From Pseudomonadota bacterium (GTDB lineage: Bacteria > Desulfobacterota > Desulfobulbia > Desulfobulbales > SURF-16), in the NCBI GenBank assembly GCA_030597865.1, contig JAUVQZ010000001.1, positions 1-49,114 on the forward strand: a stretch of 49,114 nt of DNA. Reading direction: 5' to 3'. Numbering within the stretch: the stretch's first letter is position 1; every line of letters starts with the position of its first letter. The notes below the pieces were generated by a model. That model had not been told where the DNA came from and ran no database searches. It worked only from the letters and a program-made list of their open reading frames with translations. The translations under genes and the position numbers were made by a program. Below, one piece after another: positions 27,938 through 38,956 of this stretch.

Positions 27938-29704
27938 ATGTTTGACCAATACCTGCAACATCTTATGGCGCTCATAGGCTCAAACAGGATTTTCGAAAGT
28001 TACGAGTTTATGAAGAGCCTACCTGCCAACACCCCTATCCCCAATAAACACAACCTGTTCTCTGAACTTGAGTCAAAGGTCAACAGGGCACGAGCACACA
28101 CCCGTGAGGTAAACAGACTTCTGAAAAAAGCTGCCCACCCTAAGGCCCTTGAAAATTTAATAATGGCACAGCGACTTGTCCCAGACTTCCCTAATATTCA
28201 GAATGATATCAATTTTATTGAGGGCACCATTGCTAATTTACAGCAAAGCCTCAACAATGCTGAACTGGCGGCCAAGAGGGGCCAACAGAAGAGGGTGCGA
28301 GAGTATCTTGATACAGTGGCCAAGATTGACAAGACCAATATGGCGATTTCGAGGATTAATAGGAAGCTCCAAAAAAGCATGGGGCGAAGAAAGGCCCGAA
28401 ATATTCTTTTGACCGCCCTGGTTATCCTTACTCCCTTTATTTATTGTGGCTATGAGCAATTCTCATTTTTGAGGAGCAACTCCCAGTGGCATATGGCCAA
28501 CACCTACATAGCCCGAAATGAGTACCAACTGGCAAAGTTGGAGATGGACAGGGCTGAGGATAGTTTGCAGCATGTCCATCTCCTCAATCAGGTGGAAAAG
28601 GTCAAGATTATTGCCATTATCACCAATATGACTGAATCCAGTCGTTTTCAACAGGGATTACAGGGTAATGTCCTCCATAATGGCCAATTCATGCCTCGTA
28701 ACACCAAGGAGCAGCTTGAGCAAATCGCCAATTTATCTCAAAAGGCGGATCTCAATGTCGCTGGGGGAAATTGGACTGCTGCCCTTAATGATTATCAAGG
28801 GGCATTGGATATCGCCCTTGCTGACGAAATTCAGCATCAGGTGATTATTGGCGAGCTTCAGGGGGCTATTCTCCAGATGAGAGATAACCTCTACAACCAG
28901 TATGAGGAGAGGGGGTGGGCCTCGTTTAGGGTAATGGTTAGCCAGGCGGATATCCTGGTCAGGGAGAGAAGATGGGCTGAGGCCATGGATTATTATGATG
29001 ACGCCCTCCGCCTTGCCAGGGAAAATCGACTCTCTGACTATGAAGCTGTTAGCCGGATCAGCAATGCCCGTCACAGGGCCGAGATCCATAATTGTCTCGA
29101 CGAGGCCCGGGCCCGGTTGGCCTTGAACAATGAGCTGGAGGCACACCATATTTTTGAGCGGATCATCACCTTGTCACAGGAAAATGATCTCAAAAACCTT
29201 GCTGCCACAGCCATTGCCTGGGAAATGATCGCCAAGATCGATAAAAACATCTTTCTCGAGCAGATCAGGGGCCTGGAGGAGAAGGCTGGCAAGCTGCGGC
29301 TGGAAAAAAAGTATCAGGAGGCCCTGGCCCATTATCAAGAGTTACTATCAGAGGTGACAGCCAATGCGGATACATACCAGTTGAATCTGGCTGGCCAGAA
29401 AAAAATTGCCGAGGATGGCATGGCAGAGATCAACAGACAGCTGGTCGTTAGCAATCAATATAGCTATCTCCTCTCCACCTATAAGAATATTCTGCGGAAA
29501 AATTTCAACCTTTCCAAAAACATACGCCTACAGCAGCCCAAGGTTGTCTTCCTCAGGGATGACAACAATGTTCTCCTGTATAAGGTCACCGCCCTTGGCA
29601 CACAGGGCCCAAACGCCTCAGCCCCACACACCAAGTATGAGATTGACTATAAATTTGATATGGCCACCGGGGCCTGGTCCCTGAATGACACCCCAACCAG
29701 CTAG
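27938..29704 (+). CDS. Hypothetical single-pass membrane protein with helical/TPR-like repeats
   Basis: Start moved to the ATG at 27938, with GGGGAGG 7 nt upstream. There is one TM segment (ILLTALVILTPFIYCGY) about 170 aa in. The rest is helical with repeated A/L/E-rich pairs; no family recognised. Confidence 0.6.
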   Translation: MFDQYLQHLMALIGSNRIFESYEFMKSLPANTPIPNKHNLFSELESKVNRARAHTREVNRLLKKAAHPKALENLIMAQRLVPDFPNIQNDINFIEGTIANLQQSLNNAELAAKRGQQKRVREYLDTVAKIDKTNMAISRINRKLQKSMGRRKARNILLTALVILTPFIYCGYEQFSFLRSNSQWHMANTYIARNEYQLAKLEMDRAEDSLQHVHLLNQVEKVKIIAIITNMTESSRFQQGLQGNVLHNGQFMPRNTKEQLEQIANLSQKADLNVAGGNWTAALNDYQGALDIALADEIQHQVIIGELQGAILQMRDNLYNQYEERGWASFRVMVSQADILVRERRWAEAMDYYDDALRLARENRLSDYEAVSRISNARHRAEIHNCLDEARARLALNNELEAHHIFERIITLSQENDLKNLAATAIAWEMIAKIDKNIFLEQIRGLEEKAGKLRLEKKYQEALAHYQELLSEVTANADTYQLNLAGQKKIAEDGMAEINRQLVVSNQYSYLLSTYKNILRKNFNLSKNIRLQQPKVVFLRDDNNVLLYKVTALGTQGPNASAPHTKYEIDYKFDMATGAWSLNDTPTS

Positions 29705-29738
29705 TCCTGTTTTTGCAGTTTTTTGATCTCAACGAAAG

Positions 29739-29774
29739 AAGGCGCTTATTGTTTCAGCAATAAGCGCCTTTTGG
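29739..29774. terminator. Rho-independent terminator between convergent genes
   Basis: Perfect 13-bp stem aaggcgcttattg / caataagcgcctt (29739-29751 with 29758-29770), 6-nt loop, then a ttttgg tail. Confidence 0.75.
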
Positions 29775-29815
29775 TTGGCTGGCAGGGCCATTAGAGCGGT
29801 AGGGGAAAGGAACCC

Positions 29816-30565
29816 TTACCCCACCTCATCCTTCCTTTTGGCCCCAAGGAGTTGGCGGTCAATCAAACTCCAGAGTCCGTGGAGCATGCGGACCTCTCTC
29901 TCATCAAGGCCTGCCCGGTTGAAAATTCTGCGGTAGGTCCTCAGGATATGATCCGGATTCACCGGGTCAAGGTATCCGGAGGCCAGCAATGTCTGGCGCA
30001 TATGCTGGATCATACCTTCTTTATTCTCAGCTGTGGCGAGTTCAGATGGGGCAGGGCGCCCCTGTTGTTCCTGGCGTGAAAATTCATAAAGGCAGATGGT
30101 GACTGCCTGGGCGAGGTTGAGGGAGGGGAGTTCCGGCGATGTATCAATGGTGATGAAGATGTCGCAAAGACTGAGCTCGTCATTGCTGAGACCGTGATCC
30201 TCGCGGCCAAAGACCAGGGCCACCTTCTGATGGGGGGGCAGGGCGTCGCATGTTTTGCCTATCTGGTCCGGGGTGATAAATTCATTGCGATATTTTTTCC
30301 CCAGGCGGCGGGTGGAACCAATTACCAGGTGACAATCGGCAATGGCCCCTTCAAGGCTCTTATATTTACGGGCAGATCGAAGAACCGTTTTCTTGGCAGT
30401 AACTGCCATATCACGGGCCTCCTTGCCAAGATGATCAACGCGGGGATTGACGATGCGCAGATCATAAAAACCGAAATTCATCATGACTCGGCAGATGGAG
30501 CCAATATTATGCCCACCCTGGGGCGCAACAAGAACAATGGCGATATTTTCGGCAGTTGTGGCCAT
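29816..30565 (-). CDS. trmJ: SpoU/TrmH-family tRNA (cytidine/uridine-2'-O)-methyltransferase, TrmJ-like
   Basis: IAIVLVAPQGGHNIGSICRVMMNFGFYDLRIVNPR and VALVFGREDHGLSN match the TrmJ-type group. The start is either 30565 or 30574. Confidence 0.8.
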   Translation of the reverse strand: MATTAENIAIVLVAPQGGHNIGSICRVMMNFGFYDLRIVNPRVDHLGKEARDMAVTAKKTVLRSARKYKSLEGAIADCHLVIGSTRRLGKKYRNEFITPDQIGKTCDALPPHQKVALVFGREDHGLSNDELSLCDIFITIDTSPELPSLNLAQAVTICLYEFSRQEQQGRPAPSELATAENKEGMIQHMRQTLLASGYLDPVNPDHILRTYRRIFNRAGLDEREVRMLHGLWSLIDRQLLGAKRKDEVG

Positions 30566-30727
30566 AAAAAACAAACCCGGATTGAGTCATGATGACCTGT
30601 CCGGGCTCCATAGGGTTTAGGGGGAAATTCTAGAGAGCTGTCGGATAGTGCTAAGTAAACCTTTAATCTTCGCACCTGTGTCAATATCAGGTCTTGATTA
30701 CGTAAACAGCGTGCACTCTTCAGGTTG

Positions 30728-30796
30728 TTAGCGGTTTAGGCTGTTAGGGGCGCTAGACATAAGCCCATGCACCCCTATAATAGCCTAAACCGCTAA
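30728..30796. repeat. Long nested inverted repeat downstream of leuB / upstream of trmJ
   Basis: Perfect 15-bp arms ttagcggtttaggct (30728-30742) and agcctaaaccgctaa (30782-30796), with an inner agggg...cccct pair. No flanking U-run on the minus strand. Confidence 0.7.
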
Positions 30797-30829
30797 ACAC
30801 CTATTCAAAGACTTAAAGTTTACACTGTA

Positions 30830-31915
<1,086 letters not shown>

Positions 31916-31945
31916 TTATATTTAAAAAAAATTACATTAAATTAA

Positions 31946-33298
31946 TTAATGGGCCCTGACCCGGCTTGGGTCAGCGAAATATTCACGGGTGGACCTGACC
32001 ACCACGCCGGAGAGAAAGAGAAGGCCAATGAGATTGGGCCAGGCCATGAGGGCATTGAAGATATCAGAAATTGCCCAGACCTGCTTTAACTCAAAGGTGG
32101 CACCAACCGGCAGCAATATGCAGTAAAGAATACGATAGGGCATAATCGATTTCGGCCCAAAGAGATACTCCACCGATCTATCACCGTAATAGGACCAGCT
32201 GACCGCTGTTGAAAAGGCAAAGATCATCATGCCGATGGCGACAATATACCTGCCAACATTGGGCAGGGCCGAACCAAAGGCATGGGCGGTGAGATCAGCT
32301 CCGGAAAGTCCTCCCTGATAGGCGCCGGTGACAATAATGACCAGGCCGGTCATGGTACAGATAATAATCGTATCGATAAAGGGGCCGAGCATGGCGACAA
32401 GTCCCTCACGTACAGGCTCATTGGTCTGGGCGGCGCCATGGGCGATGGGGGCGCTGCCAAGCCCTGCCTCGTTGGAAAAAAGGCCCCGTGCCACCCCCCA
32501 ACGGATAGCCTGGGCCACAGCAGCACCAGCGAAACCGCCGGTGGCAGCACTGCCGGTAAAGGCATCCTTAAATATCATACTAAAGGCCGCAGGGATGGCT
32601 TCGACGTTCAAAACGAGAACAACCATGGCGCCAACCACATAGAATAAGGCCATGTAAGGCACCATGTGGCTGGCCACATTACCAATACGCTTAATGCCGC
32701 CGACAATAACGAAAAATACCAGGAGCCCTATGATAACCCCTGTTACGATTTTAGGGATATGGAAGGTGGAAAGCATGGGCGCTGCCACTGAGTTGGCCTG
32801 GACCATATTGCCGATACCAAAAGAGGCAATTGCCGCAAAGAAGGCAAAGAGCATTCCCAGCCATTTTTGCTTGAGGCCATGTTCCAGATAATACATGGGC
32901 CCGGCACTGACAGAACCATCGTCATGGATGACCCGGTATTTAACGGAGAGGAGGCATTCGGCATACTTCAGACTCATGCCGAAAAAAGCAGTCACCCACA
33001 TCCAAAAGAGGGCGCCAGGGCCGCCGCTGGCAATGGCGACACCAACACCGGCAATATTTCCTGTGCCAATAGTGGCTGACAGGGCAGCGGATAGGGCTTG
33101 AAAATGGGTTATCTCACCCTTGTCCCTTGGATTGTCATATTTGCCTGACAACAGACCAAAGCCATAGAAAAAATGGCGGAGCTGGATCCCTTTCATGAGA
33201 AAAGTCGTAAAGACCCCGGTGCCCAGAAGCAAAATAATGGTCACTGGACCCCAAACAAAACTACTGATTGAATCGAGCACGTTTTTTCTCCGTATCAA
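31946..33298 (-). CDS. Alanine/glycine:cation symporter (AGCS family)
   Basis: ALSATIGTGNIAGVGVAIASGGPGALFWMW is the AGCS signature. Polytopic, 450 aa. Confidence 0.9.
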   Translation of the reverse strand: MIRRKNVLDSISSFVWGPVTIILLLGTGVFTTFLMKGIQLRHFFYGFGLLSGKYDNPRDKGEITHFQALSAALSATIGTGNIAGVGVAIASGGPGALFWMWVTAFFGMSLKYAECLLSVKYRVIHDDGSVSAGPMYYLEHGLKQKWLGMLFAFFAAIASFGIGNMVQANSVAAPMLSTFHIPKIVTGVIIGLLVFFVIVGGIKRIGNVASHMVPYMALFYVVGAMVVLVLNVEAIPAAFSMIFKDAFTGSAATGGFAGAAVAQAIRWGVARGLFSNEAGLGSAPIAHGAAQTNEPVREGLVAMLGPFIDTIIICTMTGLVIIVTGAYQGGLSGADLTAHAFGSALPNVGRYIVAIGMMIFAFSTAVSWSYYGDRSVEYLFGPKSIMPYRILYCILLPVGATFELKQVWAISDIFNALMAWPNLIGLLFLSGVVVRSTREYFADPSRVRAH

Positions 33299-33522
33299 TA
33301 TAAAGAGGGGGATTTACAGATAAAGGGATGCTATACCCAAGATGTATCGATGTTTCAAGGGATAATTGCCAGGCGCCACCCCCTGCCAAGCTTGAAGAGG
33401 AGATGATCTGTCAACCAAGGGTGCCGATAAATAAAAAACTGCTAGCATGGATCGCCCATGGTAAACTATCTATGTGAAAGTTCACAGATTCTATCAAAAT
33501 ACACCCTGATCCCCATAGCCTG

Positions 33523-34704
33523 ATGTCACATAACAAAAAAAATCAGCAGAGAATTCTGGTTGTCGACGACAATCTTGCCATGCGAAAAATGCTGGAGAGC
33601 ATGTTAACCAGCCTTGGTTATCAAGATATCTGTTCAGCCATTGACGGCGAAGGGGGCTGGGAAAAAATTGTTGAGGGCGATATTGACATTGTCATCAGTG
33701 ATTATGTCATGCCTCGCCTGGATGGTCTGCAATTTCTGCATCGCATCCGCAGCTCCAAGGAATTTTTTGATCTGCCCTTTATCATGATCACCGGTGCTGA
33801 TAACTGGGGGGATTTTATCAATACGGTCCAGGCCGAGGTGGATAATTATCTCATAAAACCAGTCTCCGCCGACCGCCTTGAAGAGGTCCTCAACCAGATT
33901 CATTACCAACAAAAATCAACCAGTCCATACCTGAAGGCAATTCATGCCGGTAAGCATTGCTATATTCTTAAAGAAAGGGCCAAGGCCTTTAAGCATTTCC
34001 TCCTTGCCCAGGCCATTGAGCCCACCCTTGCCAAGCCGTACTATTATTTAGGCCAGATAAGTAAAGAGAATGGCAGGTCAGCTGATGCTGCCAAATTTTT
34101 CAAAAAATGTCTGGAGATTGAAAGTAACTACATCAATGCCATTGTCGGTCTGGCCGAGATTTATTCCCAGGAAAATGACTACCCGCAGATGATCACCTAT
34201 CTCCACAGGGCGGTGGAGGTTGCCCCCAAGAACATAGATCTCTATCTGGACCTGGCCAGGGCCTCCTACATGCTGGGTGACCTTGTAAACACACGGAAAT
34301 TCCTCAAGAAATCCTCCAAAATTGCCAAGAGCAATAGGGAGTATGTCGCGAAGGTGGTGGATGCCTATGTCGAAAGTGGCATGTTTGATGAGGCGGATTA
34401 TCTGTTTGGCACGAAGATGCCGGATGACGATAATGAGACGGTTATCTTCTGGAACAGGTTAGGTTTGAAGGCAAAGGAGTTCGGCAACTTTCAAAAGAGC
34501 AAATATTTCTACCTGTCCGCCTTAAAGCTCCGGCCACAGGCAAAGGAGGTGAACTTAAATATTGCCATCCTCCTTTATGAGCAAGGGGATTATGACAGCT
34601 CCATGGCCTATACCAGTAAGGCCCTCCGCCTCCACCCCGACTATGACGATGCAAAGGAGTTGTTGCGGTCTCTGCGTCGGAAGATGGAGCAACCCTCGCC
34701 CTAA
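33523..34704 (+). CDS. Response regulator: CheY-like receiver fused to TPR repeats
   Basis: The N-terminus ILVVDDNLAMRKMLESML...DIVISDYVMPRLDG...IKP has the receiver Asp and Lys positions. The C-terminal ~250 aa show repeated TPR-like A/Y/L patterns. Confidence 0.85.
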   Translation: MSHNKKNQQRILVVDDNLAMRKMLESMLTSLGYQDICSAIDGEGGWEKIVEGDIDIVISDYVMPRLDGLQFLHRIRSSKEFFDLPFIMITGADNWGDFINTVQAEVDNYLIKPVSADRLEEVLNQIHYQQKSTSPYLKAIHAGKHCYILKERAKAFKHFLLAQAIEPTLAKPYYYLGQISKENGRSADAAKFFKKCLEIESNYINAIVGLAEIYSQENDYPQMITYLHRAVEVAPKNIDLYLDLARASYMLGDLVNTRKFLKKSSKIAKSNREYVAKVVDAYVESGMFDEADYLFGTKMPDDDNETVIFWNRLGLKAKEFGNFQKSKYFYLSALKLRPQAKEVNLNIAILLYEQGDYDSSMAYTSKALRLHPDYDDAKELLRSLRRKMEQPSP

Positions 34705-34718
34705 CAACGGGAATTTCC

Positions 34719-35426
34719 TCACATGGAGAGGCTGCTTCTCTTGGTCCTTTTGAAGGCCTTACCCATTATCCAGCCCATAAGAAAAACCCCGAAACCGGCA
34801 AGAAACCAGAGAATCCGATCGGCTTTAATAAGCTCGGCATTTTCAACCCGGAGCAGGGCCACCTCCTGGTCAACGGTTTTGAGGCGAGCCAGCAGATTGT
34901 CACGTTCTGAGAATACCTCCTCAACCCCCTGGGACTTCTGTCTCAGATCTTCATAGCTGTTTTCTGCAGTTCTCACCGCCCCCTTGAGCTCGTTGATCGT
35001 TTCCTGCAAGCGGGCAACCTCCTTCCCCCTGTCGCCAATTACTGTCTTGCTGGTCTGGATAGCGGCCTTTAAGGAGGCCTTGCTGGCAGCAGCTGATTCT
35101 AGTTGGCCACGGAGGGTCTTGATCCTCACTTCAAGGTCAGCAATAATCAGGGCCTTGGGCCTTTCATTAATGGTATATTTTTTTTGGATCCAGCCCCGCT
35201 CACCCCCCGTCGTTTGAACCAGAATAAAACCGTCATCACGTTCCTTGATGACCTCAAGAAGATCCCCTGATCTTACATAGGAGACAATGTCTCCCCTAAG
35301 GTTGGCTGAATCCCGCAAGGACACAATAAGGGTGTCTGAGATATACAGCTTTTCAGCAAAGACCAGGGACGGGGCTAACAGGACGAGGATGAGGGCCAGG
35401 GTATAATGCCAGTTGCGAGAGTTCAT
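34719..35426 (-). CDS. SH3b-domain protein with coiled coil and C-terminal membrane anchor (YgiM-like architecture)
   Basis: Signal peptide, then an SH3-like segment (LRGDIVSYVRSGDLLEVIKERDDGFILVQTTGGERGWI), a long heptad region and a terminal TM (ILWFLAGFGVFLMGWIMG). Confidence 0.7.
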   Translation of the reverse strand: MNSRNWHYTLALILVLLAPSLVFAEKLYISDTLIVSLRDSANLRGDIVSYVRSGDLLEVIKERDDGFILVQTTGGERGWIQKKYTINERPKALIIADLEVRIKTLRGQLESAAASKASLKAAIQTSKTVIGDRGKEVARLQETINELKGAVRTAENSYEDLRQKSQGVEEVFSERDNLLARLKTVDQEVALLRVENAELIKADRILWFLAGFGVFLMGWIMGKAFKRTKRSSLSM

Positions 35427-35429
35427 TTC

Positions 35430-35897
35430 TTATAATCCTTGCTGTTGCCTGAGTGCTTCATAAAGAACAATGCCTGCGGTCATGGCCAGGTTGAGGCTGC
35501 GGATATGCCCACTGGCCATGGGCAGGGTATAACAGCGCTCCTGGTAGAGCTTTAGAACATCTTCAGGGAGTCCCTTGGTTTCTTTACCGAAAATCAAAAA
35601 ATCTCCAGGCCGGTAGCGTGCCTCAGTATAGGTCTTTTTTACCTTGGTCGTAAAAAAATAGAGCTGTTCTTCTGCCTGGGCCGTGAGAAAACTTTCAAAA
35701 TTATCCCAATACCTTATGTCAACAAAACGCCAATAGTCAAGGCCAGCCCGCTTGAGATGCTTGTCTGATGTTGAAAAACCCAGGGGGTGCACCAGGTGCA
35801 AAACTGTATCCGTTGCCCCGCAGAGTCTGGCAATAGATCCGGTGTTTGGCGGTATTTCTGGCTCGACCAGAACAATATGGAAAGGTTCAGTGGTCAA
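35430..35897 (-). CDS. trmL: tRNA (cytidine/uridine(34)-2'-O)-methyltransferase
   Basis: HIVLVEPEIPPNTGSIARLCGAT...LKRAGLDYW closely matches the YibK/TrmL pattern. 155 aa. Confidence 0.9.
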   Translation of the reverse strand: MTTEPFHIVLVEPEIPPNTGSIARLCGATDTVLHLVHPLGFSTSDKHLKRAGLDYWRFVDIRYWDNFESFLTAQAEEQLYFFTTKVKKTYTEARYRPGDFLIFGKETKGLPEDVLKLYQERCYTLPMASGHIRSLNLAMTAGIVLYEALRQQQGL

Positions 35898-35906
35898 AAA
35901 AATATC

Positions 35907-37274
35907 CTACAGGAGGGTGATGGAGTCTTGGGGCCTGAGTACCATTGACCGTACATAGAGAACCTTCTGGGATATTGATTCTTCGAGCATGGCAATGAGC
36001 TGAACCGTGGACTGGTTGAAATTGGCCATTTCTTCACCGTTCAGGATTGATCGTGGTTTGAATTCCAGGGCAAAGGGGTTTTTGAACTGGTTATTATGGG
36101 CGATGCGGTAATCAAGATGGGGCCCGGTGGCCCTGCCAGTGGAGCCAACATAGCCGATAATATCCTTTTGCCTTACCCTGGAGCCATTATGGAGACCTTT
36201 GACGTAACGGGAAAGATGGCCGTAATAGGTTTTGTAGCCGTTGGGGTGCTGGACAATAATTTGTTTACCAAAACCGCCCCTGACACCCCGAAAGACAATC
36301 TTACCATCTGCCGCAGCCATAACAGGGGTGCCGGTTGGCGCCGCTAAGTCCACACCAAGATGGGGTCTGACAACACCCAGTATGGGGTGTTTACGGCGCC
36401 AGCTGAATTTTGAACTCACACGGCCCATGGGCACAGGGGAGCGCAGAAAGGATGTGCCCAGCTCTTCACCCTTAGGACTATAGTGGGCGGAAAAGCCATC
36501 TTTGCGGGTATGATAGAAGCCTTCATAGGCGTACTGACCTGATTTGTCCCCGTATTTTGCGTAGAGGATATTGCCAAAGCCTATGAATTTGGCATCCTGA
36601 TAATACTCCTCATAGACGATGCTAAAGCTATCGCCTGGGCGGCTCTCTGTATTAAAGTCAATACGGGAGGAAAATATATCGGCAAAGGAGTAGATGAGTT
36701 TTGGGCTTATATTCAGGCTCTGGAAGGATGAAAAGAGAGAGGTTGTCACGGTTCCTGAAATACGGACCGTCTTAACATCCAGGGGAATCTCATCCTGGGC
36801 CGCCACAAAGGTGTCATCTCTTCTAATAACCGTATATTTATGTAAGGGGTCTGTTTCGTATGTACAGCGAAGAAGTTGGCCCTGGTCATCCAGGTCAACG
36901 GTAAAGGTGTCCCTGGGCCGCAGTCTGCGAAAATCGAGACATGAATCAAGGTTGTTGACAATCTGATGACGGACGGCCTCAGGAACCTCAAAGCGCATCA
37001 TTGCCTGCATCAGGGTATCGCCGGACTGAAGCTCACCGTTGATTGTTGCAGCGATTTTCGCAGCCAGGGGCTGGGCAGGGGGGATAACTGCCTGTACCGG
37101 CACCGGGATAAGCCCATTTGCAGACAAGTCTTGCTGGTGACTGTCATTGCCAGAACAGCTGCTCTCCAGATATAAACTATTATCATCAAGATAAACTCCG
37201 GCACAGGCCAGAACAAGGGAGATTCCAACAAAAAAAATGATATGGGAAGTTTTCACATTTACACCAGGTGACAC
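35907..37274 (-). CDS. M23-family peptidoglycan metalloendopeptidase
   Basis: HLGVDLAAPTGTPVMAAADGKIVF and YYGHLS, then GSTGRATGPHLDY, are LytM/M23 motifs. N-terminal TM. The GTG start at 37274 is uncertain; GTG at 37256 is an alternative. Confidence 0.85.
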   Translation of the reverse strand: MSPGVNVKTSHIIFFVGISLVLACAGVYLDDNSLYLESSCSGNDSHQQDLSANGLIPVPVQAVIPPAQPLAAKIAATINGELQSGDTLMQAMMRFEVPEAVRHQIVNNLDSCLDFRRLRPRDTFTVDLDDQGQLLRCTYETDPLHKYTVIRRDDTFVAAQDEIPLDVKTVRISGTVTTSLFSSFQSLNISPKLIYSFADIFSSRIDFNTESRPGDSFSIVYEEYYQDAKFIGFGNILYAKYGDKSGQYAYEGFYHTRKDGFSAHYSPKGEELGTSFLRSPVPMGRVSSKFSWRRKHPILGVVRPHLGVDLAAPTGTPVMAAADGKIVFRGVRGGFGKQIIVQHPNGYKTYYGHLSRYVKGLHNGSRVRQKDIIGYVGSTGRATGPHLDYRIAHNNQFKNPFALEFKPRSILNGEEMANFNQSTVQLIAMLEESISQKVLYVRSMVLRPQDSITLL

Positions 37275-37707
37275 TGAAGGTTAAAGGTCGACGTCCTATA
37301 TGGCTGATCGACTTTATCTCCTTATTTCTTCACGTTTTTTTACAATATATTTGCCCTTACCACAACACCAGGACGGGGTAAAATGACCTATTTTCCCTGT
37401 GATTTCAACAGGAAACAGCAAGTGTCGTGCATATTGTGCCCCAAGACAACCCGGACATACCGTCCATGGTGCACATCTCTCCTGGGGGCAGCACGTGGAT
37501 ATACACAAAAACCTTGCTTTTTACAAAAAATAAGGTGTTCTCTTTGGCAATTCTTGGTAGGTGTACATGTTTTCCAATTTCAACCCTGTCCCAGGGCAAC
37601 ATTATCTGCACTAAGATTGGGGCGGGATTTTTTTCAATTTGCCGTTTTGCCTGGACCAGTTAAGACCCGGCCAGGACAAGACGCGATTTTTTAAGAGAAG
37701 TAAGAAA

Positions 37708-38943
37708 ATGGCTCTCATTGTACAGAAATTTGGCGGCACATCAGTTGCCGACCCGGAAAAAATCAAGGCGGTGGCCGAGCGGGTAATGAAAAACGCCGCA
37801 AATGGCAACAAAATGGTGGTCGTGCTCTCTGCCATGTCAGGAGAGACGAACCGTTTTGTCAACCTTGCCCACCAGATGCAAGACCATCCGGATCCCCGGG
37901 AGTATGACATGCTCCTGGCCACCGGCGAGCAGGTCACCATCTCCCTCTTTGCCATGGCCGTAAAGGCTGCCGGCATGGACGCCATTTCCCTCCTTGGCGA
38001 CCAGGTCAAGATCAAAACTGACGGCCGGCACACAAGGGCCCGCATCAAAGAGATTGATACGGACCTTATTAAGAAATACCATGGGGAGGGTAAGATTGTT
38101 GTTGTTGCCGGCTTTCAAGGGGTGACCGATGATGACCATATCACCACCCTGGGCCGGGGCGGTTCCGACACCACCGCCGTTGCCCTGGCCGCAGCCCTTA
38201 AGGCGGATGTCTGTGAAATTTTTACCGATGTTGAAGGTGTGTACACCACAGACCCCAACATCTGCAACAAGGCGAAAAAAATAGAAAAAATTACCTACGA
38301 CGAGATGCTTGAGCTTGCCAGTCTTGGCGCCAAGGTTCTAGATATCCGTTCCGTGAGTTTTGCCAAACGCTACAAAGTACCCCTCCATGTGCGCTCCACC
38401 TTTACAGATACCGAGGGCACATGGGTTATTGAGGAGGATCAACAAATGGAATCATTGCCTGTTTCTGGTGTTACCTATAATAAGAATGAAGCCAGAATTA
38501 CCATTTCAAAGGTGCCTGATACACCTGGTACGGCCTCGAAGATATTTACCCCTATCTCCGATGCCGGCATCGTGGTTGACGTCATTATCCAGAACACCCG
38601 AAGTGGTGATTTGACTGACATGACCTTCACCGTGCCCTTGGCCGATTATGATCAGGCCATGGAGATTGTCGCCAAGGTGGCTAAGGAGATTAATGCTGAG
38701 AGCTATGGCGGCGACAAGGACATCGCCAAGATCTCCATTGTCGGTGTTGGCATGCGCAACCATGCCGGCATTGCAACCACCATGTTCAGGGTGTTGGCCA
38801 ACGAGGGCATCAACATCTCCATGATCAGCACCTCGGAGATCAAGGTTTCCTGCGTAATAGATGAGAAATACACCGAGCTTGCCGTACGTAGTCTGCATGA
38901 CGCCTTTGAGCTGGACAAGGATAATCCGGCAAAACCTAATTGA
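37708..38943 (+). CDS. ask: Aspartate kinase (monofunctional, two C-terminal ACT domains)
   Basis: MALIVQKFGGTSVADPEKI, VVVLSAMSGETN and LGRGGSDTTAVALAAAL. Start moved to the ATG at 37708; the 23-aa upstream extension in the track is not family-like. Confidence 0.95.
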   Translation: MALIVQKFGGTSVADPEKIKAVAERVMKNAANGNKMVVVLSAMSGETNRFVNLAHQMQDHPDPREYDMLLATGEQVTISLFAMAVKAAGMDAISLLGDQVKIKTDGRHTRARIKEIDTDLIKKYHGEGKIVVVAGFQGVTDDDHITTLGRGGSDTTAVALAAALKADVCEIFTDVEGVYTTDPNICNKAKKIEKITYDEMLELASLGAKVLDIRSVSFAKRYKVPLHVRSTFTDTEGTWVIEEDQQMESLPVSGVTYNKNEARITISKVPDTPGTASKIFTPISDAGIVVDVIIQNTRSGDLTDMTFTVPLADYDQAMEIVAKVAKEINAESYGGDKDIAKISIVGVGMRNHAGIATTMFRVLANEGINISMISTSEIKVSCVIDEKYTELAVRSLHDAFELDKDNPAKPN

Positions 38944-38956
38944 GGTTATTTGACCT

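Noticed and set aside
37383-37694. 103-aa plus-strand ORF in the ask leader, and a search for a lysine riboswitch
   Set aside because: The ORF is Cys/Arg/Phe-rich with no RBS and runs into the ask RBS. I could not find the L-box conserved core, so I claim neither.
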